Origin: Chitinophagales bacterium
Lineage (GTDB): Bacteria > Bacteroidota > Bacteroidia > Chitinophagales > Saprospiraceae
Direction of reading: 5' to 3'
Assembly (NCBI GenBank): GCA_038252065.1
Contig: JBBSAQ010000015.1
Span: forward strand, 10,444-74,443
Length of the DNA stretch: 64,000 nucleotides
The notes under the pieces were generated by a model that worked only from the letters and a program-made list of their open reading frames with translations, did not search any database and was not told the origin of the DNA. Shown piece by piece: positions 10,451 to 18,643 of the stretch (the first letter of the stretch is position 1; every line of letters starts with the position of its first letter). The position numbers and the translations under genes are program-made.

Positions 10451-10867
10451 GTGATTATGAACGTGATGACCTTTTCTTTCTTAGTTATTTCCCTCATGTT
10501 TTTTGCAGCCTGTAGCTCATCAAAATCAGCTTTGTCCTCCTCCAAAACAAGTTCTGCAGCTAAAGTTGAAAATGTGAATCAAGCTGTTGATCTGGTAGAT
10601 TATTTAAGTAGAACACCGGGTATTTCGGTTACCGGCAGAGGAAGTAGTGCTCGCGTAGCTATAAGAGGAATGGCCTCTGTGAACAGTGATAGTGAACCCT
10701 TAGTAATCATCAATGGAACTCCTATAAGTGGTGGGCTGGCCGCCGCTAACGCTTCGGTGCTGGTATCTGATATTAAGTCTGTCCGGGTATTAAAATCTCC
10801 GAGCGAGACAGCATTCTACGGTAGCCGGGGTTCGAATGGCGTCATAGTCATTAAATTGAAGCAGTAA
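10451..10867 (+). CDS. Small lipoprotein consisting only of a TonB-dependent-receptor plug-like segment
   Basis: 138 aa. Lipobox ...MFFAACSSS. The rest aligns with the plug region of the SusC-type protein in this window: RTPGISVTGRGSSARVAIRGMASVNSDSEPLVIINGTPISGG...IKSVRVLKSPSETAFYGSRGSNGVIVIKLK against ...TVRIRGNSSIRTGNQPLFVVDGV...[32 protein letters not shown]. No beta-barrel follows. The start codon is uncertain (GTG at 10451, ATG at 10457). Confidence 0.6.
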   Translation: MIMNVMTFSFLVISLMFFAACSSSKSALSSSKTSSAAKVENVNQAVDLVDYLSRTPGISVTGRGSSARVAIRGMASVNSDSEPLVIINGTPISGGLAAANASVLVSDIKSVRVLKSPSETAFYGSRGSNGVIVIKLKQ

Positions 10868-10914
10868 ATCTGAAAAGCGGATGATGAAGAAAATAATTAA
10901 TTCATTATTCACTA

Positions 10915-11610
10915 TCACTTATCCTGTTTTGCAAATACTTTTTTCAGCAGGTCTGTTGTGCGGCTGTTTACATCTGTTCGGATCACAAGTTCTTTTTGTG
11001 CTACCATTGCGAACAGGCCATCGAGCGCTTTGTCTGTAACATATTCATCAAGCTTTGGATTGACTTTTTCAACTAATGGTATCTTGTTGTAAACATTGAT
11101 CGCATCAGCCCAATATTGTATGGCATTAAATTTATTGAGTGAAGTGATGATCACTGGTTGAAATTTCTGGTAGAGTGGAGTATACGTTTTGGTGTGAAGA
11201 TATTGCGTAGCTGCATCCTTGGGTCCAAGTAAGATGTTCAACGCATCATCAAATGTCATTTCCTTAATGGCATCAACGAATATAGGTGCAGCAGATTTAG
11301 CAGCATCTTCAGCAGCGTGGTTTAGTTTTTCAACGATTACATTTTCAAGATCGCTAAAGCCTGGAATGACCTTGAGCCGGTTAGTAACTCTTCTTGCTTC
11401 TTCAGGAAGTAAAATCTTATAGGCGCTTTTGAAATAACCATCACGTTGTGACAATAAATTCGCTCCTTCATTAATACCAAATTCAAGAGCTTGTTTTAAA
11501 CCGGACCCGATTTCAGCTGTAGTAGGTTCACTCAATACTTGTTTAAGTGTATCACATGATGGAAGTAAAAGAGCAAAGAATAAAGAAAAAATAATGATCC
11601 GGATTTGCAT
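10915..11610 (-). CDS. DUF4197-family periplasmic lipoprotein
   Basis: 231 aa. Signal/lipobox LLLPSC. The pattern ...EIGSGLKQALEFGINEGANLLSQRDGYFKSAYKILLPEEARRV... matches my memory of DUF4197 proteins. Confidence 0.65.
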   Translation of the reverse strand: MQIRIIIFSLFFALLLPSCDTLKQVLSEPTTAEIGSGLKQALEFGINEGANLLSQRDGYFKSAYKILLPEEARRVTNRLKVIPGFSDLENVIVEKLNHAAEDAAKSAAPIFVDAIKEMTFDDALNILLGPKDAATQYLHTKTYTPLYQKFQPVIITSLNKFNAIQYWADAINVYNKIPLVEKVNPKLDEYVTDKALDGLFAMVAQKELVIRTDVNSRTTDLLKKVFAKQDK

Positions 11611-11657
11611 AAGAAAAGGCTTTTAGTGATAAGTGCCTTAACCTTAACGCTAAAAGA

Positions 11658-12011
11658 TCATTTGAGTTTATAAATGATTTGAGCGCTTTGTACCGGCCCT
11701 CCAAGTTCGGGTTTCATTTTATGTAGTACGACAACGATATTCTTCAGTTCAGGAAAAGTCTTTTTGATTTCATGTGCTATTCGGAAGGTTACGGTCTCGA
11801 TCAGTTTACATGGTTCTTCCATGATATCGTTGCAGATCCGGTATATAATCTCATAGTTAATGGTCTGATGCAGGTCATCTTCAAGAGCGGCAGCGTCAAT
11901 ATTCGTTTCAACAGTGACATCAACCATATAGTTATTGCCTCTCGTCCGCTCATGGGTATAATAGCCATGATGAGCATAAAAGGACATTCCATCTAGTTTA
12001 ATTTTGGCCAT
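11658..12011 (-). CDS. folB: Dihydroneopterin aldolase
   Basis: 117 aa. The N-terminus KIKLDGMSFYAHHGYYTHERTRGNNYMVDVTV is the typical FolB signature, and the size fits. Confidence 0.85.
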   Translation of the reverse strand: MAKIKLDGMSFYAHHGYYTHERTRGNNYMVDVTVETNIDAAALEDDLHQTINYEIIYRICNDIMEEPCKLIETVTFRIAHEIKKTFPELKNIVVVLHKMKPELGGPVQSAQIIYKLK

Positions 12012-12047
12012 ACCGGGGATGTTTGAGCGGGCGCAAGATAGTTACTG

Positions 12048-12080
12048 TTTTGGCCCCTAAATCCCTTAAAGGGGACTTAC
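12048..12080. repeat. REP-like palindromic element, copy in reverse orientation
   Basis: TTTTGGCCCCTAAATCCCTTAAAGGGGACTTAC is the reverse complement of the AAGTCCCCTTTAGGGGATTTAGGGGCAAAA element also seen at 36299-36333, 61424-61453 and 61508-61540. Intergenic, between folB and the acyl-CoA dehydrogenase gene. Confidence 0.75.
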
Positions 12081-12176
12081 ATCTTAACTTTTCTTCGGTT
12101 ATAATAATGTTAGCTATGAGACTCGTGTTTCGACCTCTGAGTTCTTAGTTATCTTTACGATCCAATTAAAGCTAAT

Positions 12177-13376
12177 ATGATGGAGGTTAAGACCAGTGTC
12201 AAGACAGACCAGTACCAGGGTCACGATTATTATAATATCGATGAATTACTTAGCCAGGATCATTTGCTGGCCAGGGAGGCGGTCAGAGCATGGGTAAAGC
12301 AGGAGGTGAGTCCTATTATCGAAGATTACTCTAACAGGGCTGTCTGTCCGACTCATTTATTTAAAGGCCTGGCTGAAATCGGGGCATTTGGTCCTAGTCT
12401 GCCTGTGGAATATGGGGGCGGGGGCATGGATGAGATCGCTTATGGAATCATCATGCAGGAATTGGAGAGGGGTGATTCTGGGGTGCGATCGATGGCCTCG
12501 GTCCAGGGATCGCTGGTCATGTACCCGATTTTCAAATATGCTTCGGAGCCACTCCGTAAAAAATATCTACCGAAACTTGGGGCGGGTGAGCTGATCGGCT
12601 GTTTTGGCCTTACTGAACCTGATCACGGGTCCAATCCCAATGGAATGGTCACACGTATAGTTGATGATGGCGATGCGTATATTCTGAATGGAGCGAAGAT
12701 GTGGATTACAAACAGCCCGGTATCTGATCTTGCTGTCGTATGGGCTAAGGATGAGGAAGATAAGATCAGGGGGATGATCGTGGAGAGTGACTGGCCAGGC
12801 TTCTCAGCTCCGGAAATTCATGGAAAATGGTCCCTCAGAGCTTCCATCACCGGAGAATTGGTTTTTGAGGATGTCAGGGTTCCAAAGACACATGTTTTTC
12901 AGGACGTAAAAGGATTGAAAGGGCCATTGGCGTGTCTATCGAAAGCCAGGTATGGCATTGCGTGGGGAGCAATAGGAGCTGCCCTTGATTGTTATGATAG
13001 TGCGCTTCGGTATTCTAAAGAACGTGAGCAGTTTGGACGACCTATCGGAGGTTTTCAGCTTACACAGAAGAAACTGGCCGAAATGATCACAGAGATTACA
13101 AAAGCTCAATTACTGGCCTGGCGTCTGGGTACATTGGCCACTGCAGGTAAGGCTACACCTGCACAGATATCAATGGCAAAAAGAAATAATGTCCATATGG
13201 CCCTGGAAATAGCCCGTGAAGCGCGTCAGATTCATGGCGGCATGGGTATCACCAATGAATATCCGATCATGAGACATATGATGAACCTTGAAACTGTGCT
13301 TACCTATGAAGGAACACATGATATTCATCTTCTGATCACAGGCCAGGATATCACAGGGATGAATGCTTTTTCTTAA
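12177..13376 (+). CDS. Acyl-CoA dehydrogenase, glutaryl-CoA-dehydrogenase-like
   Basis: 399 aa. Motifs GCFGLTEPDHGSNPNGMVT, NGAKMWITNSP, QFGRPIGGFQLTQKKLAEM and IHGGMGITNEYPIMRHMMNLETVLTYEGTHDIH. Confidence 0.85.
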   Translation: MMEVKTSVKTDQYQGHDYYNIDELLSQDHLLAREAVRAWVKQEVSPIIEDYSNRAVCPTHLFKGLAEIGAFGPSLPVEYGGGGMDEIAYGIIMQELERGDSGVRSMASVQGSLVMYPIFKYASEPLRKKYLPKLGAGELIGCFGLTEPDHGSNPNGMVTRIVDDGDAYILNGAKMWITNSPVSDLAVVWAKDEEDKIRGMIVESDWPGFSAPEIHGKWSLRASITGELVFEDVRVPKTHVFQDVKGLKGPLACLSKARYGIAWGAIGAALDCYDSALRYSKEREQFGRPIGGFQLTQKKLAEMITEITKAQLLAWRLGTLATAGKATPAQISMAKRNNVHMALEIAREARQIHGGMGITNEYPIMRHMMNLETVLTYEGTHDIHLLITGQDITGMNAFS

Positions 13377-13518
13377 TAAAAACATAAGCTGATTGAAAAT
13401 ATGTAGACAGATACACCACTATGGTCTAATAAAACGTTCAAAGGATTGTCTTTAAGCCACATTTGAATTAATTTTTCAGGATCGGATGATAAATTCAGAA
13501 AGGCATATAAAATCAAGC

Positions 13519-14742
13519 ATGCGTTATACCCATTTTCTCTTTTCTTGTATTCTTTGTTTTGCTTTCGCCTTGTCGGTCTCTGGACAGGAAGTTATTACCC
13601 TGCAAAATCCTTCTTTTGAGGATATGCCCAGGGCGGGAACTGCTTATACACCTGCGATAAAAGGCTGGAATGATTGTGGCCTTTCGAAATTTCCTGGCGA
13701 AACTCCCCCTGATATTCATCCGGTACCATCAAGTGCCTGGGAAGTGTCTAAACCGGCTTATGATGGTGAAACTTATCTGGGCATGGTCGTTCGATATAAT
13801 GACACGTATGAATCACTTTCACAAGCAATGTCATCACCGATCTTAGGTGGAACATGCTATACTTTTTCGGCTTTTCTATCGAGATCTGATCAATATAAAA
13901 GTGGTACAACACGATCAAATTCTGTTCTTGAAAACTTTGTAAGACCTGCTGTATTACAGATCTGGGGTGGAAATTCATTTTGTGATAAAGCAGAATTGCT
14001 CGGCGAATCACCTGCCATAGCCAATTCAGATTGGAAGCTTTTTAAATTTTTATTCCATCCGCAGCAAACACATAAATACATTACGATAGCCGCTTTTTAT
14101 AAAACACCGATCCTGGAAGCGTATAACGGACATGTCCTTGTCGACGGATTATCTGATATTGTTCCTGTAGATTGTCCGCTGGTGCCACAGGACCTGATAG
14201 GTGTCATGTATGAATTGCCAACAAAAATAGAATCAACCACTACATCTGGCGGATCACATAGCAGTACCACTTCCCGGACTAAATCGGGTGGCGCATCTTC
14301 CAATGCAGATAGTAAGACAATATCCGTTCCACCGAAAGTTTTTAAAGCAAATTTGTTGCCTGAACTTGATCAGAATAAATTATTTGTCGGGCAAAAGATC
14401 AGGCTGGAGCATCTTTATTTCAATGCGGATTCCATCAATCTTTTATCGGATTCATATAAGGTACTTGACGAGCTTACTGATTATCTGAAATCCTATCCAA
14501 AGACAACCATTGAGATCGGAGGACATACCAATACAATACCTTCTGAGGAATATTGTAATGCGCTTTCTACAGCGCGTGCTAAAGCAGTTCAGAAGTACCT
14601 CATCTCACAAGGTATTGCAGAGAGTCGTCTCCATTACAAAGGATATGGTAAGCATGATCCCCTGATACCTTATGACAAATACAACAGGGATGCGCGTTTG
14701 AAAAATCAGCGTGTGGAGATAAAGATACTGTCGCTTAAGTGA
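13519..14742 (+). CDS. OmpA-family protein with an uncharacterised four-cysteine N-terminal domain
   Basis: Signal peptide MRYTHFLFSCILCFAFALSVSGQ; an alternative upstream ATG lies at 13486. A ~200-aa domain beginning NPSFEDMPR is followed by a Ser/Thr-rich linker. The OmpA_C domain reads IEIGGHTNTIPSEEYCNALSTARAKAVQKYLISQGIAESRLHYKGYG...NQRVEIKIL. Confidence 0.8.
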   Translation: MRYTHFLFSCILCFAFALSVSGQEVITLQNPSFEDMPRAGTAYTPAIKGWNDCGLSKFPGETPPDIHPVPSSAWEVSKPAYDGETYLGMVVRYNDTYESLSQAMSSPILGGTCYTFSAFLSRSDQYKSGTTRSNSVLENFVRPAVLQIWGGNSFCDKAELLGESPAIANSDWKLFKFLFHPQQTHKYITIAAFYKTPILEAYNGHVLVDGLSDIVPVDCPLVPQDLIGVMYELPTKIESTTTSGGSHSSTTSRTKSGGASSNADSKTISVPPKVFKANLLPELDQNKLFVGQKIRLEHLYFNADSINLLSDSYKVLDELTDYLKSYPKTTIEIGGHTNTIPSEEYCNALSTARAKAVQKYLISQGIAESRLHYKGYGKHDPLIPYDKYNRDARLKNQRVEIKILSLK

Positions 14743-14766
14743 AAAGTGAAAAGTGAAAAGTGAAAA
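14739..14766. repeat. (GTGAAAA)x4 perfect heptanucleotide tandem repeat overlapping a stop codon
   Basis: Read directly: GTGAAAAGTGAAAAGTGAAAAGTGAAAA. The TGA at 14740-14742 in the first unit is the stop of the OmpA-family gene. Confidence 0.95.
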
Positions 14767-14919
14767 ATTAATAGGCAATAGTGGGTGGTTTCCGATGTAA
14801 AGCAATTTTCATTATTTAGTCGACAGGTTTATCGGGTCATTCGGGAGAGGCCAGACATGAATCGTGAATAAAAGGTCATATCTTAATCACACATTTAGGA
14901 TTACAATTTGTCACCGGCT

Positions 14920-15636
14920 ATGAAAACGAAAAATTCAATTGTTTTAAGGATTCTTTTGGTAGGAGTATTGCAACTCTGTTATATTCATTTCTCTAATGGC
15001 CAGGATACTATTTATTTGAAAAATCCTTCATTTGAAGACCTGCCAAGGATTGGTTCTGCATTTTCAAAACCAATAACGGATTGGAATGATTGTGGATTGA
15101 AAAATTTCCCTAATGAATCACCTCCTGACATATTTTCAGCCCGCATTAGAGGATGGGGCGTGAAAATAAAGCCTCATGATGGTAAATCCTATCTAAGTCT
15201 TGTCACAAGATATTCTGATTCGTACGAATCCATCTCTCAATTATTGGATAAGCCCATCGAAACAGGAAAATGCTATCGCATAACAGCTTATCTAGCCTTA
15301 TCTGAAATATATGAAAGTGGTACCGAGCGATCACCGCTTATTGAATTTAAGGATGGAAACATATCTGGTACAAGAAAGGCAAATGAAAACTTTTCGAATC
15401 CGGTTGAGCTTTTTATATGGGGAGGTGACAATTATTGCAGGAACCGAAAATTACTTGCATCCTCTGGCCCTGTCAGTAATAATGATTGGACTTTATTCAC
15501 ATTTGAATTTACTTCAAAAGAAATATATCAATACATTACAATCGGAGCCTTTTTTAAACATGGATATACAGAGCCATACAATGGACATGTATTAGTAGAT
15601 AATCTTTCTCCGATCATTGAAATAGAATGTAAATAA
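14920..15636 (+). CDS. Secreted paralog of the N-terminal domain of the preceding OmpA-family protein, without an OmpA domain
   Basis: Signal peptide, then QDTIYLKNPSFEDLPRIGSAFSKPITDWNDCGLKNFPNESPPDIF, which aligns with QEVITLQNPSFEDMPRAGTAYTPAIKGWNDCGLSKFPGETPPDIH in the upstream gene. Both end ...YNGHVLVD[GN]LS. Four cysteines sit at equivalent positions. The start was set to the ATG at 14920; the track start at 14908 is TTG. Confidence 0.75.
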   Translation: MKTKNSIVLRILLVGVLQLCYIHFSNGQDTIYLKNPSFEDLPRIGSAFSKPITDWNDCGLKNFPNESPPDIFSARIRGWGVKIKPHDGKSYLSLVTRYSDSYESISQLLDKPIETGKCYRITAYLALSEIYESGTERSPLIEFKDGNISGTRKANENFSNPVELFIWGGDNYCRNRKLLASSGPVSNNDWTLFTFEFTSKEIYQYITIGAFFKHGYTEPYNGHVLVDNLSPIIEIECK

Positions 15637-15704
15637 GATTTCGCAAAACCACAAAGAGGTCTGTCATAAGACGCGATAAATCGTCGTCTCAACAACCGAT
15701 TTGT

Positions 15705-15856
15705 TGTGCCTAACTACTCACTTCTCAACGTCTCGCTATTTACTATTCATTACTCATGTATTTGGCTTTGTCGTAGACAGGGGCAAGCCCTGTCACTGCT
15801 ATTCACTATTCACTATTGGCTACTCACTTCATCTTCACTCTCTCACTCGTCACGCC
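15705..15856. repeat. Degenerate heptamer-phased tract (ATTCACT-like; minus strand AGTGAAT) around a GC hairpin, overlapping the aroA stop
   Basis: CTATTTA CTATTCA TTACTCA lies at 15736-15756. The hairpin GACAGGG-GCAAG-CCCTGTC lies at 15776-15794. Then come CACTGCT ATTCACT ATTCACT ATTGGCT ACTCACT TCATCTT CACTCTC TCACTCG TCACGCC at 15794-15856. The aroA stop is at 15824-15826 (TCA on the plus strand). Confidence 0.6.
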
Positions 15857-17077
15857 TATCGCGTTCATATCTTTCCAGAATCCAGGATAAGATTTGCTCA
15901 CGACTTCGGGATCCCTGATTACAATCGGATGGATAGAAGCTAATGGTGTAAAGCACATCGCCATGCGGTGGTCTTCATATGTGTTGAACTTCGCTTTGTC
16001 TTTCCATCGCGCTTTTCCAAAAAGTTTGCATGACAGGTCAGTTCCTTCTTCGACTTCCAGTGTTGTTTTGACTTTGGTCAATTCAGTCTGCATAGCAGTG
16101 ATGCGATCCGTTTCTTTAATTCGAAGCGTGCGAAGACCCGATAATTTTCCTTTGATACCCAGACCGGCCATCGTCACCATCACGGTTTGGGCAATATCCG
16201 GACATGGAGTAAAGTCAAAGTTGAACTCTTTTATCCTTTCATGATTGGGAATCTTCTTTATCGTCATACCATTTGTATCAAAAATAGTCTCGATACCAAA
16301 TTGATGGTAGATGTGTTTCACCACTGCGTCTCCCTGTAAACTATTTTCAACAACACCTTCAATATGTATTTCCGCTTTCTCTGCCAATGCTGCTGCCGAA
16401 TAGAAATACGATGCGGATGACCAATCTCCTTCTACAGTGAAGTCTTTGGCTTTATATTCACTATGCTTTACTGTGATTGTATTTCCCTCCCATACATGTG
16501 TAGCACCAAACCACTCCATGATCGCCAAAGTCATTTTTATATAGGGCAGGGAAACTGGATCATCTGCGAGATGTATGGTCAATCCTTCCGGAAGACAAGG
16601 TGCTATCATCAGCAAGGCACTTGTGTACTGACTACTGATACCGGCCTGAAGTGTGACCTCATGCACATCCTTTCCAATGGATGCAGGTTTGATTCTCAGG
16701 GGAGGGAATCCTTCTTTATTGATGTAAGAAATATCCGCACCGAGTGTCTGAAGTGCTTTGACTAATGTGCCGATAGGGCGATGGCGAAGTTGCTCAGATG
16801 CATCGAGTACAATTTCACGATTACCAAGCACGGCTCTGGCCGTCATAAACCTGTAACTACTTCCTGCATGTCCACCATACAAATTATCACCATCGGCAGC
16901 CAGCATTTTTTGCAATACAACCGTATCATCACTTTTGCTCAGATTGTGAATCTTGAATGGTTCCTGACAAAGTGATTGGATGATAAGTGCTCTGTTAGAA
17001 ATACTTTTCGAAGGTTCAAGGATGATCGTTCCTTTCAGCTTAGGCTGTGCACATGAAATACGATAAATAGTAGACAT
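15824..17077 (-). CDS. aroA: 3-phosphoshikimate 1-carboxyvinyltransferase (EPSP synthase)
   Basis: 417 aa. The N-terminus ...LKGTIILEPSKSISNRALIIQSL, plus LRIKETDRI and HRMAMCF, are classic EPSPS motifs. Confidence 0.92.
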   Translation of the reverse strand: MSTIYRISCAQPKLKGTIILEPSKSISNRALIIQSLCQEPFKIHNLSKSDDTVVLQKMLAADGDNLYGGHAGSSYRFMTARAVLGNREIVLDASEQLRHRPIGTLVKALQTLGADISYINKEGFPPLRIKPASIGKDVHEVTLQAGISSQYTSALLMIAPCLPEGLTIHLADDPVSLPYIKMTLAIMEWFGATHVWEGNTITVKHSEYKAKDFTVEGDWSSASYFYSAAALAEKAEIHIEGVVENSLQGDAVVKHIYHQFGIETIFDTNGMTIKKIPNHERIKEFNFDFTPCPDIAQTVMVTMAGLGIKGKLSGLRTLRIKETDRITAMQTELTKVKTTLEVEEGTDLSCKLFGKARWKDKAKFNTYEDHRMAMCFTPLASIHPIVIRDPEVVSKSYPGFWKDMNAIGVTSERVKMK

Positions 17078-17083
17078 ATTGAT

Positions 17084-18130
17084 TTATTCTTCCTCGTCCA
17101 TTTTCTCCTCTTCCGCTCGTCGCAGCGCACCATCTTTGTCAAAAGCAATGATGATATCTTTCACCAGACGGTGTCGCACCACATCATCTGCGTTAAGCCG
17201 TATGGTTGAAATACCATTGACATGGGATAGTAAATCAATCGCTTTTTTCAAACCCGAATGTACACTGCGTGGTAAATCAATTTGGGTAAGGTCACCAGTG
17301 ACAATACATTTCGCTGAAGGCCCCAGACGTGTCAAAAACATTTTGATCTGAGGTATCGTAGCATTCTGTGCTTCATCAAGTATGATGAATGCATTGTCAA
17401 GCGTCCTTCCGCGCATGTAGGCCAGCGGAGCGATCTCTATGATCCGATTCTGCATGAAATAGTTGAGCTTATCGATCTGGATCATATCATCCAACGCATC
17501 ATAGAGAGGGCGGAGATAAGGATCTATTTTTTCTTTCAGGTCACCAGGGAGAAAACCAAGATTTTCACCGGCTTCTACCGCAGGACGTGTGAGGATGATC
17601 TTTTTGACAATCGAATTTTTTAGCGCCCTCACGGCTAATGCTACAGCTGTATACGTCTTTCCTGTTCCGGCTGGACCAACTGCAAAAACAACATCATGTG
17701 TTTCAGAAGCTTTAACCATTTTCTTCTGATTTCTTGTTTTCGCCCGGATAGGTTTTCCGGTACGGCCAAAGAGAATGACATTATCTTCTCCGATCATGGG
17801 TGGCTCACCTTCGAAGGTATGCGTGCCATTGAGTAGTTCTTCTACGGTCTGCACAGGAAGAATTTTCTGGTCCTTCAGGATACGGACCATCATTTCAAAT
17901 TTATCCTTAGCACTCTGGGTATCTTTTTTCTTGCCTGCCAGCTTGATCTGATTGCCTCTGGAGGTGACCACAACTTCGGGGAAGGCTTTCCTGAATAAAT
18001 TGAGTTTGCTGTTATTTTGACCGAATAATTCAAGCGGATCCAGATCCTCTATCGTCAGCGCAATCTCACTCTTATCCTTAGCGTTTGCTTTTGTTGTTCC
18101 GATTTCTTTTTTACTGTTAGTTCGTGTCAA
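17084..18130 (-). CDS. phoH: PhoH-family ATPase
   Basis: 348 aa. Walker A GPAGTGKTYTAVALAV. Also ILTRPAVEAGENLGFLPGDLKEKIDPYLRPLYDAL and FIILDEAQNAT. The annotated start is a TTG, so the 5' end is uncertain. Confidence 0.88.
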   Translation of the reverse strand: MTRTNSKKEIGTTKANAKDKSEIALTIEDLDPLELFGQNNSKLNLFRKAFPEVVVTSRGNQIKLAGKKKDTQSAKDKFEMMVRILKDQKILPVQTVEELLNGTHTFEGEPPMIGEDNVILFGRTGKPIRAKTRNQKKMVKASETHDVVFAVGPAGTGKTYTAVALAVRALKNSIVKKIILTRPAVEAGENLGFLPGDLKEKIDPYLRPLYDALDDMIQIDKLNYFMQNRIIEIAPLAYMRGRTLDNAFIILDEAQNATIPQIKMFLTRLGPSAKCIVTGDLTQIDLPRSVHSGLKKAIDLLSHVNGISTIRLNADDVVRHRLVKDIIIAFDKDGALRRAEEEKMDEEE

Positions 18131-18343
18131 ATCTAGTTATTCCTTGGTTAGAGATTCATGGGGTTACTGCTAAATTTACAATTTATTTGATGGAAGGTTC
18201 ATCTGTTGAATGTGTAAAGCTTTATTTAACTTGTTCTTTTTGTACGGATTGAGTTAATAAGTTCTGAATTAGTCCTGTGTATATTCATTAGAGTGCCAAA
18301 GTAATTTTTTTTCAGTAGCTAACATTCTACCACCCAGATAAGT

Positions 18344-18643
18344 ATGATAAAACGAATTGTGTTGATGGAAATGGAGCCCGGGAGAGAGGCTTTATTTTTG
18401 GATATCTTTGAAGGCGTGAAAAATCAGATTCGTTCCCGCGAAGGATGTATGGGCCTTGAATTGCTGCAAAGTGAGCATGAAGGAAAAACTATCCTTTGGA
18501 CCATAAGTGAGTGGCTATCAGAAGCTGATCTTGAGGCATACAGGACATCCGATTTATTTAAAAAAACCTGGTCAGCGGTCAAACCTTTATTTTCCGGCAA
18601 AGCCCGCGCGTGGACATTGAATCAGATTGAAAACCTGGCATGA
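18344..18643 (+). CDS. Antibiotic-biosynthesis-monooxygenase (ABM)-domain protein
   Basis: 99 aa with a ferredoxin-like ABM pattern (IVLMEMEPGREALFLDIFEGVKNQIRSREGCMGLELLQ...WTISEWLSEADLEAYRTSDLF). Its stop overlaps the aroB start (ATGA at 18640-18643). Confidence 0.7.
   Translation: MIKRIVLMEMEPGREALFLDIFEGVKNQIRSREGCMGLELLQSEHEGKTILWTISEWLSEADLEAYRTSDLFKKTWSAVKPLFSGKARAWTLNQIENLA

Noticed and set aside
10318-10545. 75-aa minus-strand ORF between the aldo/keto reductase and the plug-like lipoprotein gene
   Set aside because: It overlaps the signal-peptide region of the plus-strand gene, and no motif was recognised. It cannot be excluded as a small protein, but it has no support.
15701-15943. 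ORFs of 70-80 aa on the plus strand spanning the heptamer tract and the aroA 3' end
   Set aside because: The translations are low-complexity repeat read-outs (LFTIHY...). They overlap aroA on the opposite strand.
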